In this document: piece by piece, positions 1 to 8,579 of the stretch
Layout: each line of letters starts with the position of its first letter
Numbering within the stretch: position 1 is the stretch's first letter
Assembly: GCA_964358315.1 (NCBI GenBank)
Contig: CAYHOF010000002.1
Span: forward strand, 10,738 to 74,737
Reading direction: 5' to 3'
DNA from: an uncultured Methanosarcinales archaeon
GTDB taxonomy: Archaea; Nanobdellota; Nanobdellia; Woesearchaeales; ARS49
Length of the DNA: 64,000 nucleotides
Notes under the pieces: model-generated
What the model saw: the letters and a program-made list of their open reading frames with translations, nothing else
The model's database searches: none
What the model was told of the DNA's origin: nothing
Program-made: the position numbers and the translations under genes

Positions 1-41
1 GCGTTTCCCAAGAAAATCCGGATGGTTTCCGACGGGAAACA

Positions 42-656
42 CTATTCTTTCGAGAAGCGCGGAAGACGTCCGGGCGGCGCGCTCGGATCGCTGTTATATG
101 CGTTGTAGGCGAAAAAGCGTGCGTTGCGCGTCTTGAACGGAATGTATTCTCCCGGTTCTGGAATGTAGTGCGAAGCGATGCCTGGATTGTCGGACAATGA
201 CAACAGTCCTGCGACGTCAGGGACGATCACGAAGCGTGGTTCTTGTTGGAGATGATAGGGATGGTGTTTCGCTAGTGCCGCATAACGTTCTGCGGGCGTG
301 GCGCCTGCCACAGGGTCGTCATGGATGACGTACGTGAAAGGAAGAGCGTTATCTGCGGTCAGGAGTTTTACGAGGCCTCGCACTGCATCAAGCGGTGACG
401 TGTGATTACCATGCAACGTCGTCAGGACGATGCCACAAGGACGACGCGTCTGTCTCAACCGCGCCATCGCGTTCAGATCATATGCGATGTCGACCAACGA
501 AATCTCCTGACGACAGAATATACGGTACGGCAACAACAGCTCCGATGGCACAGGTTTCTCAACAACATCTGACACAGGACGCCTGTCAAGGATCGGTAGA
601 GAACGGGATGTCGAGGTCACACTTGATCGTGGTTGCGCCTCACGCAGTACTTCCAT
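42..656 (-). CDS. Hypothetical protein with a weak metallophosphoesterase-like GNH motif. The ORF is trimmed to the internal ATG at 656, because the upstream part of the 42..893 ORF overlaps a better plus-strand gene.
   Basis: ORF track 42..893. The N-terminal 80 codons are low-complexity and overlap CDS 784..1239. An ATG at 656..654 sits about 27 nt below a minus-strand TATA (ATTAAATAGG, revcomp of 690-699). The LHGNHT motif is only weakly diagnostic. Confidence 0.35.
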   Translation of the reverse strand: MEVLREAQPRSSVTSTSRSLPILDRRPVSDVVEKPVPSELLLPYRIFCRQEISLVDIAYDLNAMARLRQTRRPCGIVLTTLHGNHTSPLDAVRGLVKLLTADNALPFTYVIHDDPVAGATPAERYAALAKHHPYHLQQEPRFVIVPDVAGLLSLSDNPGIASHYIPEPGEYIPFKTRNARFFAYNAYNSDPSAPPGRLPRFSKE

Positions 657-783
657 CCTAGAAGATATGAACGCGGGCCACGACCTATTTAATCCTTGTG
701 AATCCGCATTGTCGTCACCATCGGCAAAGAGTGATAAAAGTTTATAAGAACGGTTTAAAGAGAATGAGCAGGGGGAAACCATC

Positions 784-1239
784 ATGGGATTCATGGACTT
801 GTTCAAGAAGAAGGAGAAACAGCAAGCAGAATCGCTCACGCTGCCTCCACCGCCGGCGCCTGAAGCGCCCATGCCCAGTTCTGAGGTGCGCATCGTCAGC
901 GAATTGCCTGAGATGAGCGAGATGCAAGCGCCGCAAATGCCTCAAGAACCGATGCATGAAGAAATGCTGATGCGCGAAGAAGCGCCTGCGCCCGAACCGA
1001 TGACGATGCCGACAACGCCCGAGAGGGAACCGCTCTTCGTCAGCGTGCAGGACTACCAGGAAGTGCTTGGCAGCATCGGTTATGTGCGCAACAAGCTCGG
1101 CGAAGCGGACGAACTCGTCAAGAAACTCAACAGTCTCAAGGTTTCAGAAGAGAAGGAATTCGAGGCATGGCGCGCCCAACTCGAAGATTTGCAACGCAAG
1201 CTCGCATACGTTGAAGACGTGATCTTCAGCGCGGGCTGA
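784..1239 (+). CDS. Small coiled-coil protein, paralog 1 of a tandem triplet. It has a Pro/Met/Glu-rich N-terminal region and a C-terminal EFEAW motif.
   Basis: The ORF has GC-rich codon usage. A TATA (TTTATAAG) sits around 741-752 and an SD-like GGGGGAAACC precedes the ATG. The C-terminus shows the same conserved pattern as the next two ORFs: VxV.DY.EVL ... EFEAW ... L..V. Confidence 0.55.
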   Translation: MGFMDLFKKKEKQQAESLTLPPPPAPEAPMPSSEVRIVSELPEMSEMQAPQMPQEPMHEEMLMREEAPAPEPMTMPTTPEREPLFVSVQDYQEVLGSIGYVRNKLGEADELVKKLNSLKVSEEKEFEAWRAQLEDLQRKLAYVEDVIFSAG

Positions 1240-1248
1240 GGTGTACTC

Positions 1249-1485
1249 ATGGACAAGAAGATGCAAGTGTTCATCAAGATCGACGATTTCAAGGACATCA
1301 GCGAGATACTCTCGCTCGCCCACCAGCGCCTCCAGCAAGCGAAGGCAGTCATGAACCGCATCGCGGACCTCAAGGCGCAGGAAGACGCGGAGTTCGAGGC
1401 ATGGACCACCGAGCTCGCCGAGATCGAGCACCGCATCGACAGCGTGGACCGCACGCTGCTCGCGCGCGGCGAGGACGGCCAATGA
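1249..1485 (+). CDS. Small coiled-coil protein, paralog 2 (motif DAEFEAWTTELAEIEH).
   Basis: It has the same architecture as 784..1239 (VFIKIDDFKDISEIL ... EFEAW) and is spaced 10 nt from the upstream gene. Confidence 0.5.
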   Translation: MDKKMQVFIKIDDFKDISEILSLAHQRLQQAKAVMNRIADLKAQEDAEFEAWTTELAEIEHRIDSVDRTLLARGEDGQ

Positions 1486-1868
1486 GCCTGTTCGTCCCTG
1501 TCAACGAGCCGGCCGAGATCCGACGCGAACTGCTCACGAGCAGCAAACAGGTCCTCGGCGCGCTCCGACGGTACGAACACTACAGACAACTCCGCAAAGC
1601 AAAGCTCGAAGCATTCCACGAACTCGTCACCATCTGGCAAGACATGGAACGCATGCAACGCAAGCTGCGCGGCGCGCTGCCAAAGACCGACGTCAAGGCG
1701 CCACCCATCCCGAAGACCGCACCGCTCCACCACATCCCTGCAAAAGTCGCGCCCATGGGGACACGCGCACAACCACCACAAAAGCCCGTGCGCGAACAGA
1801 AATCCAAACTCCAACTCCTCGAAGAACAACTCAACAAGATCGAGAACAAGCTCTCGACGATCAAGTAG
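1482..1868 (+). CDS. Small coiled-coil protein, paralog 3 (motif LFVPVNEPAEIRREL ... LEAFHELVTIW).
   Basis: The ATG at 1482 overlaps the stop of the upstream gene (ATGA), which points to translational coupling. It is a divergent copy of the same motif set, and a coiled-coil tail follows the first helical region. Confidence 0.5.
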   Translation: MSLFVPVNEPAEIRRELLTSSKQVLGALRRYEHYRQLRKAKLEAFHELVTIWQDMERMQRKLRGALPKTDVKAPPIPKTAPLHHIPAKVAPMGTRAQPPQKPVREQKSKLQLLEEQLNKIENKLSTIK

Positions 1869-1883
1869 TTCTGGCGGACGAAC

Positions 1884-1892
1884 TTTTATATA
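1884..1892 (+). promoter_or_regulatory. TATA box (TTTTATATA), candidate promoter for tRNA-Leu with a leader of about 55 nt.
   Basis: It is the only AT-rich element upstream of the tRNA. An extended hairpin at 1930-1968 lies between it and the mature 5' end at 1976. Confidence 0.4.
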
Positions 1893-1975
1893 GCATTCCG
1901 TTGCATCGCGAATACAATACACACGCGACGGTGCCGGCACGACGAACTACGGTTCGTGGGTCGGCACCACCTCAC

Positions 1976-2059
1976 GCGGCGGTGCCGGAGTGGTCAAACG
2001 GGGCGGACTCAAAATCCGCTGGCCTAGCGCCTACGCAGGTTCGAATCCTGTCCGCCGCA
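1976..2059 (+). tRNA. tRNA-Leu (anticodon CAA), class II with a long variable arm. CCA is not encoded.
   Basis: Folded by hand. The acceptor GCGGCGG pairs with CCGCCGC, and the discriminator is A. The anticodon stem CGGAC/GUCCG (corrected: GCGGA/UCCGC) encloses the loop CUCAAAA, giving anticodon CAA. The T-arm is GCAGG-UUCGAAU-CCUGU. A long variable arm and a T-run follow. Confidence 0.85.
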
Positions 2060-2061
2060 GC

Positions 2062-2085
2062 TTTTTTGTCCTCCCGGACAAAAAA
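2062..2085 (+). terminator. A perfect 10 bp hairpin (TTTTTTGTCC-TCCC-GGACAAAAAA) with a T-run immediately 3' of tRNA-Leu, a probable terminator or processing structure.
   Basis: The palindrome was read directly from the sequence. Archaeal terminators are oligo-T tracts. Confidence 0.45.
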
Positions 2086-2388
2086 CCTGGGAAAACTTCT
2101 GCGGTGCTTGTTGGCGCTGCGCGCCTGTTTGCACAGACAACTGTTTTCCCCAGGCTCAACAAAGCGAAGCTTTGTGAGCATGAGGCCGTGGCCTCATTGC
2201 TTTTTCGAGCGGGAGCGAGAAAAAGGCTGTACGCGTACGACAAAAAGGATGCAAAGAATAATATACTAGGCACCATTTACAGGTCAAAACAATACATACA
2301 ATCAAACATTTTCCATTCTCGTTCTCTAGCGACGGTTTTATAAGCCTCCTTGTGTTCAACGACGACTGGAAAGAGGTTAGAACATACA

Positions 2389-3738
2389 ATGACAATAGAA
2401 ATAATGGCCGTGGGCGGTTACGGCGAAGTAGGAAAGAACATGACCGCGATCAAAGTCGATGACGACGTCGTCGTCATCGACATGGGCTTTCACATGCCCA
2501 ATTACATCAAGTACACCGAAGGCGAGGAGGAGAAGGATTTCTACCGCGCCGAGGACCTCATCAAGGTCAACGCGATCCCTGACACTGCGCTCATGGAAGA
2601 CTGGATCCCGAACGTGCGCGCGGTCGTTATCTCGCACGCACACCTCGACCATATCGGAGCAGTGCCGTATCTCGCGCCGAAATTCAAGGCGCCCGTGCTT
2701 GGCTCACCATACACCATGGCAGTCATCAAGGCCATCCTGCGCGACAACAAGATGCGCGTGCCCAACCAGTTGCGCACGGTGGCGCTCAACAGCACGTACC
2801 GCGTCAACAAGAACCTGTCGATCGAGTTCATCGGCGTCACGCACAGCATCCCGCACCAGTGTTTCATCGCACTCCACACCAAGTACGGTGTCATCCTGTA
2901 CGCGCTTGATTTCAAGTACGACAACAACCCGGTCGTCGGCGACCGTCCCAATTACGCGGCGATGAAGCGCATCGGCGACAAGGGAGTCATCGTCGCCATG
3001 GTGGACTCGCTCTACTCGCACGAGGAGAAGAAGACACCGTCGGAGAGCGTGGTCAAGGAGATGCTGCGCGACGTCATGATGGGCACGAGCAGCAAAGGCA
3101 ACGCGGTGATCGTCACCACGTTCGCGAGCCACATCGCGCGTCTCAAGACCATCATGGACTTCGGCAAGCAGCTCAACCGCAAGATCGTCTTCTTGGGCCG
3201 TAGCCTCGCCAAGTACGTGGACGCTGCCGAAAGCATCAAGATGGTCAATTTCAGCAAAGGCATGGCTGGCTTTGGCAAGTACGGCAAGCAGACGCGTTCG
3301 CTCCTCAACAGGATCGAGCGCGAAGGCGCGCACAAGTACCTGCTCGTCGTCACAGGCCACCAGGGCGAGCCCAGAAGCACGCTCAGCAAGATGGCGACAG
3401 GCCTCTTGCCCTTCAAGTTCAAGCCAGGGGACCACGTGATTTTCTCGTCGAACATCATCCCGCACCCGACCAACGTGCTGGACAGGCAACGCCTCGAGGC
3501 GGAATTGCGCTCGCATGGCGTACGCATCTTCAAGGACCTCCATGTCTCAGGCCACCCGTGCAGGGAGGACCTGTACGAGTTCTTCCGCCTGATCAAACCC
3601 AAGCACGTCATCCCGGCGCACTCGGAGCACGACCGCATCGAGAAGTTCATCGAGTTCGCCGAGACCCTCGGGTACAAGCGCGGCCACACCGTGCACGAGA
3701 TCTGGACCGGCCAGAAGTTCTCCGTTAAACACGAGTAG
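2389..3738 (+). CDS. rnj: Archaeal RNase J, a beta-CASP metallo-beta-lactamase ribonuclease.
   Basis: It has the HAHLDHIG motif, an MBL fold and a beta-CASP region, and is about 450 aa. The start is taken at ATG 2389, in frame with ORF 2350. A TATA (TTTATAAG) lies at 2337-2344 and an SD-like GAAAGAGGTT is present. Confidence 0.85.
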   Translation: MTIEIMAVGGYGEVGKNMTAIKVDDDVVVIDMGFHMPNYIKYTEGEEEKDFYRAEDLIKVNAIPDTALMEDWIPNVRAVVISHAHLDHIGAVPYLAPKFKAPVLGSPYTMAVIKAILRDNKMRVPNQLRTVALNSTYRVNKNLSIEFIGVTHSIPHQCFIALHTKYGVILYALDFKYDNNPVVGDRPNYAAMKRIGDKGVIVAMVDSLYSHEEKKTPSESVVKEMLRDVMMGTSSKGNAVIVTTFASHIARLKTIMDFGKQLNRKIVFLGRSLAKYVDAAESIKMVNFSKGMAGFGKYGKQTRSLLNRIEREGAHKYLLVVTGHQGEPRSTLSKMATGLLPFKFKPGDHVIFSSNIIPHPTNVLDRQRLEAELRSHGVRIFKDLHVSGHPCREDLYEFFRLIKPKHVIPAHSEHDRIEKFIEFAETLGYKRGHTVHEIWTGQKFSVKHE

Positions 3739-3792
3739 CAAAATACATAAATACCCGGTCGGAGCCCGCGATATCACTAAGGGGGAGTAGAA

Positions 3793-4539
3793 ATGAAACT
3801 TGTCATAGCCGATGCATCGTATCTCAAGGACAGCATCAGCGTCATCGCCGACCTCGTGAACGAGGCACGCTTCAAGCTCACGCGGGACGGCATCGAGGTC
3901 ATCGCGATGGACCCGGCCAACGTGGCGATGGTCATCTTCAAGCTGCTCTCGAGCGGCTTCACCGAGTACGACATCGACAAGGACGTCGACATCGGCATCA
4001 ACCTGCAATCACTCAAGCAGATCCTGCGGCGCTCGTCGCCCCAAGACACACTGACCCTTGAGGCAGGCGCGGACAACAAGCTCAAGATCCAGCTGCGCGG
4101 CCAGAGCATACGCACGTTCTCGCTGCCCATCATCGAGCTCGAGGAGCGCGAACAGCGCGTCCCGAACCTGTCGTTCCCGACCATGATCACGATGCCTTCC
4201 GGCGCGTTGCAGGACGCGATCGCCGACGCCGACATCGTGGCGGAGAGCGTCACGTTCGAGAGCGAACCTGAGCGCTTCATCATCGCAGCGCACGGCGACC
4301 ACTCGAACGCGCACATCGAGATGAAGGCGTCCGAGAGCACGCGCATCAAGCAGTCCGTCAACGCAGGCGTCAAGGCCAAGTACTCGATCGAATACCTCAA
4401 GAAGATGATCACGGGCGGCAAGCTCGCCGACACTGTTGACATCCAGTTCAACCAGGACTACCCGTTGCGCCTCGACTACAAGAAGGTCGACCGGCTCTCG
4501 CTCAGCTTCATCCTCGCGCCGCGCGTCGAGAACGACTGA
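3793..4539 (+). CDS. pcna: PCNA (DNA polymerase sliding clamp).
   Basis: The 248 aa protein shows the typical archaeal PCNA pattern (MKLVIADASYLKDSISVIADLVNEARF...). Confidence 0.9.
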   Translation: MKLVIADASYLKDSISVIADLVNEARFKLTRDGIEVIAMDPANVAMVIFKLLSSGFTEYDIDKDVDIGINLQSLKQILRRSSPQDTLTLEAGADNKLKIQLRGQSIRTFSLPIIELEEREQRVPNLSFPTMITMPSGALQDAIADADIVAESVTFESEPERFIIAAHGDHSNAHIEMKASESTRIKQSVNAGVKAKYSIEYLKKMITGGKLADTVDIQFNQDYPLRLDYKKVDRLSLSFILAPRVEND

Positions 4540-4582
4540 TTTGTCGTAAAGGTTTAAAACCCGTCAGGCGCAGCGCTGACGT

Positions 4583-5494
4583 ATGGACAGCGTCGTCATC
4601 AAGGATCTCGTCAAGACGTACGGCACGACCGAGGCGGTGAGGGAGATCTCGTTCTCGATCCACAAAGGCGAGATCTTCGGTTTTCTCGGACCGAATGGCG
4701 CGGGCAAGACGACGACCCTCAGTTGCATCTGCCAGCTCGCCACGAAGACGACAGGCACGATCGTGGTCGAAGGCCACGACATCGACAAAGACTACCGCGA
4801 CGCGAAACGGCGCATCGGTCTCAGCCCGCAGGAGCCGAGCTTCGACTTATACTTCTCCGTGATCGACACGCTCGTCGCGCAAGGAGGATATTTTGGCATG
4901 CGACAAAAAGACGCGCAAGCGCGCGCATTGCAGCTCCTCACACAGTTCGGCCTGCTCGAAAAGAAGGACGCGCTCTTCCGCGAACTTTCAGGCGGCATGA
5001 AGCGCAAGGTCTCCATCATCAAGGCGCTCATGCACAATCCGAGCGTGCTGATCCTGGACGAGCCCACCGCAGGCATCGACGTGGATTCCCGCTACGAACT
5101 GTGGGAACTCATCCGCCAGCTCAACAAGGACGGCATGACGATCATCCTGACCACGCACTACATCGAGGAAGCGCATCGCCTCTGCGACCGCATCGGCATC
5201 ATCGCCAAAGGATCGCTCATCAAGTTGGATAAGACTAAGACCATCGTGGACGAGCTCTCGCGCAACGTCATACGGTTCTATCTCGAGACCGACAAGCGCC
5301 CGCTCGCACTCGAAGGCTTCGAGCACACGCATCGCGACGGCCAGCTCGAGATCTATGTCGCGAAGAAGGAGCAGGCAGACGTGCTCAAGAAAGTACTGCA
5401 TATATTCGAGAAAGAAAAAGTGCCATACGCCAACTTCGCAGTCGAGGAAGACACGCTTGAGAACATCTTCCGGAGGCTTGTCCGTGAGCACTGA
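4583..5494 (+). CDS. ABC transporter ATP-binding protein.
   Basis: It carries Walker A (GPNGAGKTT), the signature LSGGMKRK and Walker B (ILDEPTAG). Confidence 0.85.
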   Translation: MDSVVIKDLVKTYGTTEAVREISFSIHKGEIFGFLGPNGAGKTTTLSCICQLATKTTGTIVVEGHDIDKDYRDAKRRIGLSPQEPSFDLYFSVIDTLVAQGGYFGMRQKDAQARALQLLTQFGLLEKKDALFRELSGGMKRKVSIIKALMHNPSVLILDEPTAGIDVDSRYELWELIRQLNKDGMTIILTTHYIEEAHRLCDRIGIIAKGSLIKLDKTKTIVDELSRNVIRFYLETDKRPLALEGFEHTHRDGQLEIYVAKKEQADVLKKVLHIFEKEKVPYANFAVEEDTLENIFRRLVREH

Positions 5495-6254
5495 TTGTAT
5501 TGGCTTCTGGACGCTGTTGCGCAGAGAATTCCTGCGCTTCTTCAAGGTGCCAAACAACACCATCGTGCCGCAGATGGTCACCGTGCTGTTCTATTTCCTG
5601 ATCTTCGGCGTCGCGATCGGTAGCCGCATCGAGACCATCGGCGGCGTGCCGTACCTGCTTTTCATCCTGCCAGGGCTGTTCGTGCAGAACCTCATCAACG
5701 GCAGCTACAGCAACGCCTCAGGGTCGCTGTTCGTGAGCCGCATCGTGGGTAACAGCATCCAGGACGTGCTACTCTCCCCCATCTCCTACGTGCAGTTCAC
5801 GCTGGCGTACGTGATCGCCAGCATGCTGCGCGGTGCCTTCTTAGCAGTCGGCACCGTCGCCGTGTTCTTGCTCTTCATGCGCTTCTCCATCGCGCACTGG
5901 GGCATCTTCCTCGCGTACAGCCTGCTGACCGCGTTCGCGTTCTCGTGCTGCGGCATCATCATCGGGTTGTGGTCCAAGAACTGGGACCAGCTCAACATCT
6001 TCATCAACTTCGTCGTCACACCGCTCACCTTCCTCGGCGGCGTGTTCTACACGCTGAGCATGGTGCCGCCCCTCATGTCGACGATCACGCGACTCAACCC
6101 GATCTATTACATGATCAACGGCACGCGCTACGGCATGATCGGCGTCTCGGACGGCAACGTGTACATCGGCCTCGTCTTCTTGAGCGTGCTGTGCGTCGCC
6201 ATGTTCATGTTCGTGCACACGCTCGTGCGACGCGGCTACCATCTGCGGACCTAG
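5484..6254 (+). CDS. ABC-2 type transporter permease.
   Basis: It is a multi-TM protein immediately downstream of the ATPase. The GTG/TTG start at 5478-5484 overlaps the ATPase stop. The upstream part of ORF 5355 is an in-frame overlap artefact. Confidence 0.7.
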   Translation: MSTDCIGFWTLLRREFLRFFKVPNNTIVPQMVTVLFYFLIFGVAIGSRIETIGGVPYLLFILPGLFVQNLINGSYSNASGSLFVSRIVGNSIQDVLLSPISYVQFTLAYVIASMLRGAFLAVGTVAVFLLFMRFSIAHWGIFLAYSLLTAFAFSCCGIIIGLWSKNWDQLNIFINFVVTPLTFLGGVFYTLSMVPPLMSTITRLNPIYYMINGTRYGMIGVSDGNVYIGLVFLSVLCVAMFMFVHTLVRRGYHLRT

Positions 6255-6334
6255 TCACGTACCAGTGATTCTTTTCTGCGCACAAGATTGAAATAGCACC
6301 ACGACAGGCCCGGCCACAGTACGGAGGGAGTGGT

Positions 6335-7132
6335 ATGAGCACAGGTCTTGAAGCGATCGCGGACAAAGAATATATTGGGCGCGTCATCATCATAGGACAA
6401 GTCAACGGTCATGAAGTGATCGCGTACGCGGTCACAGGCCGCAGCGAGAGCAGCAGGGCGCGCGTCCTGAAGGAAGACCGAAATGTCATCCGAACCATGC
6501 CAATCGATAGTGAAACTATCAAAAAAGGCAATCCTACATTATTGCTATACGATTGCATACGCCATTGTGGTACAACATTTATCGTTAGCAACGGTGCGCA
6601 GACAAGTGAGATTACACGTGAAACAGCAGAACACCACATTAATCATACGTACACGATGCCGCGTGCTGTGCTCAATGACGTCTTTAGACGACCCATTATT
6701 CTCAACGGTATCGACGTCACGACGTACGAACCTGACGCACCTAACTTTACGCCGCGAATCAGCGGCATCATCACGCCACAAGGCGCGGGTATGTCCCTGA
6801 TAGAGAAATTTGGCGAAGGCGTCGCACAACATTATTTTGACATTCCTCTTGTTGATGGAAAAGGATTCATGCTGGCAACGTACGCCGGCAAGAACGTGCC
6901 TTCCGGCGAGCGGATCCCCCAACACCAAGGACGACCACTGGATATTGGCATCGCAGGGACGACGCCCCAAGAAGTTGCATGTGCACTTTACAATGCACTC
7001 GGACCCAAAGAAGGCACAGGAATTCTAAGTCCGGGCCAGGACTTCCGCGTCGGCGTCGCTGCTGTGTTCTACAACAGGAAGACGAACACGATGAGCAACC
7101 ACATAATCAACCGCCATGAGGTATCACAATGA
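6335..7132 (+). CDS. purO: IMP cyclohydrolase, archaeal PurO type.
   Basis: The N-terminus resembles PurO (GRVIIIGQVNGHEVIAYAVTGRS). It is the first gene of a purine biosynthesis cluster, and its GC is lower than the neighbouring genes. Confidence 0.55.
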   Translation: MSTGLEAIADKEYIGRVIIIGQVNGHEVIAYAVTGRSESSRARVLKEDRNVIRTMPIDSETIKKGNPTLLLYDCIRHCGTTFIVSNGAQTSEITRETAEHHINHTYTMPRAVLNDVFRRPIILNGIDVTTYEPDAPNFTPRISGIITPQGAGMSLIEKFGEGVAQHYFDIPLVDGKGFMLATYAGKNVPSGERIPQHQGRPLDIGIAGTTPQEVACALYNALGPKEGTGILSPGQDFRVGVAAVFYNRKTNTMSNHIINRHEVSQ

Positions 7133-8574
7133 ACAAGGAACAGGAATACAAGGAACGCATTCACGCATCGCTGGATCAGACGCTCGATTCAGGATTCGTC
7201 CCCGAGCTTGGGGAGTACAAGAAGGGCAAGGTGCGTGACGTCCATTTCTCGGGCGACAAGGTCGTGATGGTTGCGTCCGATCGCGTGAGCTGTTTTGATC
7301 ATGTGCTTTCGCGCCGCATTCCGTTCAAAGGCGCGGTCCTCAATGCGTTCAATGCATGGGCGATGGCGAACACCGCCGACATCATCGAGAACGCGGCTGT
7401 GGCGAGCCCTGACCCGAACGTCGTCGTTCAACGGCGGATGAAGAACGCCGGATTCGAATTCATCGTCCGTGGCTACGTCTGGGGCAGCATAGCTGCCGAT
7501 TATGAAGCGGGTAAGCGCGTGAAGAGCGGCGTCGCACTTCCTGACAACTTGCTGCGCTATCAGCGTTTGGAAACACCCCTTTTCACGCCGACGGACAAGG
7601 CCGAGAAAGGGCACGACGTTGACGTGACGCTCGACGACATCGCTAAAGTCCACGGGCCGGAGATGGCGCAACTCATGAATGGTGTCTCCATCGCACTGTA
7701 CAACCGCGGGGTCAGTATTGCCCAAAGTGCTCGTAAACTGTTGCTGGACACGAAGTTCGAGTTCGGCTTTGACGAGAATGGCGTGCTCTACCTGATTGAT
7801 GAATCTCTCACGCCAGACTCGTCGCGGTATGCTGACGCGCAGGAATACGCACAGAAATGGTCAGTGATAGCGCATGAGATGGACACGGGTGCTTACAAGA
7901 ACGTCAGCGACTTGCTCAAGAAAAAGCCTGAGCTGAAGATCACGGAGGAATCAAAACAATTCGTGCGTGACGTGCTCATCGAGAATGGTTACAAGGATGG
8001 ACAGAAGATCCCTGACCTCACGGACGAACAAGTCGTCGAGACCGCGTGGCGCTACATCAGCTCGTACGAGGCGCTCACGGGCAAGACGTTCGACTTCCAA
8101 CGCACCGACCTGCCCAACGCGAAAGCGCGCATCCTCAACAATCTCAAGAAAGCAGGCATGATCAAGGGAATGTGTGTCGTGCCGATCGTCGCGAGCAACC
8201 GCGGGACGGATCTCGAGTACTGGAGCAAGCTCGAGGAAGCGCTCAAGGAAAACGGCGTTCCATACGTCGCGCCCTTCTTTGGTTCGGCACACAAAGAAAC
8301 AGAAAAGGTCCTTGGCTACGTGGAGAAGATGGACACAAGCCTTGAACCGATCGTGTACATCACGATGGCGGGCCGCAGCAACGGCCTGGGTCCTGTCGTC
8401 GCAGGCAACACCAAGAACCCTGTGATCACGTGTCCTGTCTTCAAGGACGGCGTTGACTACCAAACAAACATCCACTCAAGTTTGCAGATGCCAAGCAAGT
8501 TGCCTATGGCGACGATCATCGATCCAGGCAACGCGGCACTGTACGCGAAGCGCATCATGGACACGCAGAGGTAA
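7129..8574 (+). CDS. purCE: Bifunctional SAICAR synthetase (PurC, long eukaryote-like form) fused to N5-CAIR mutase/AIR carboxylase (PurE), a PAICS-like protein.
   Basis: The N-terminal roughly 330 aa carry SAICAR synthetase motifs (KGKVRDVH, SDRVSCFD). The C-terminal roughly 150 aa carry PurE motifs (VVPIVASNRG, GSAHKE, AGRSNGLGPVVAGNT). The ATG overlaps the purO stop. Confidence 0.75.
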   Translation: MNKEQEYKERIHASLDQTLDSGFVPELGEYKKGKVRDVHFSGDKVVMVASDRVSCFDHVLSRRIPFKGAVLNAFNAWAMANTADIIENAAVASPDPNVVVQRRMKNAGFEFIVRGYVWGSIAADYEAGKRVKSGVALPDNLLRYQRLETPLFTPTDKAEKGHDVDVTLDDIAKVHGPEMAQLMNGVSIALYNRGVSIAQSARKLLLDTKFEFGFDENGVLYLIDESLTPDSSRYADAQEYAQKWSVIAHEMDTGAYKNVSDLLKKKPELKITEESKQFVRDVLIENGYKDGQKIPDLTDEQVVETAWRYISSYEALTGKTFDFQRTDLPNAKARILNNLKKAGMIKGMCVVPIVASNRGTDLEYWSKLEEALKENGVPYVAPFFGSAHKETEKVLGYVEKMDTSLEPIVYITMAGRSNGLGPVVAGNTKNPVITCPVFKDGVDYQTNIHSSLQMPSKLPMATIIDPGNAALYAKRIMDTQR

Positions 8575-8579
8575 CAACA

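Noticed and set aside
657-893. The N-terminal 80 codons of ORF 42..893, which include a Gly/Ser-rich low-complexity segment.
   Set aside because: This part overlaps the better-supported plus-strand gene 784..1239 and a promoter region. An internal ATG at 656 with an upstream TATA gives a more plausible start.
2060-2388. The 330-nt non-coding gap after tRNA-Leu, considered as SRP (7S) RNA or RNase P RNA.
   Set aside because: It is too short for either. No conserved SRP helix-8 or RNase P P4 motifs were recognisable. The region was kept only as a low-confidence structured-RNA finding.
2704-3543. Long antisense ORFs opposite real genes. Examples are 2704..3543 (minus), 18319..19806 (plus), 22971..24911 (minus), 34178..35638 (minus), 45718..47112 (minus), 53667..54968 (plus), 55827..57302 (plus) and 57230..58480 (plus).
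   Set aside because: They are Arg/Ala/Asp-rich, have no recognisable domains and lie exactly antisense to well-supported genes. Stop codons are rare on the antisense of GC3-rich coding DNA, so these are statistical artefacts.
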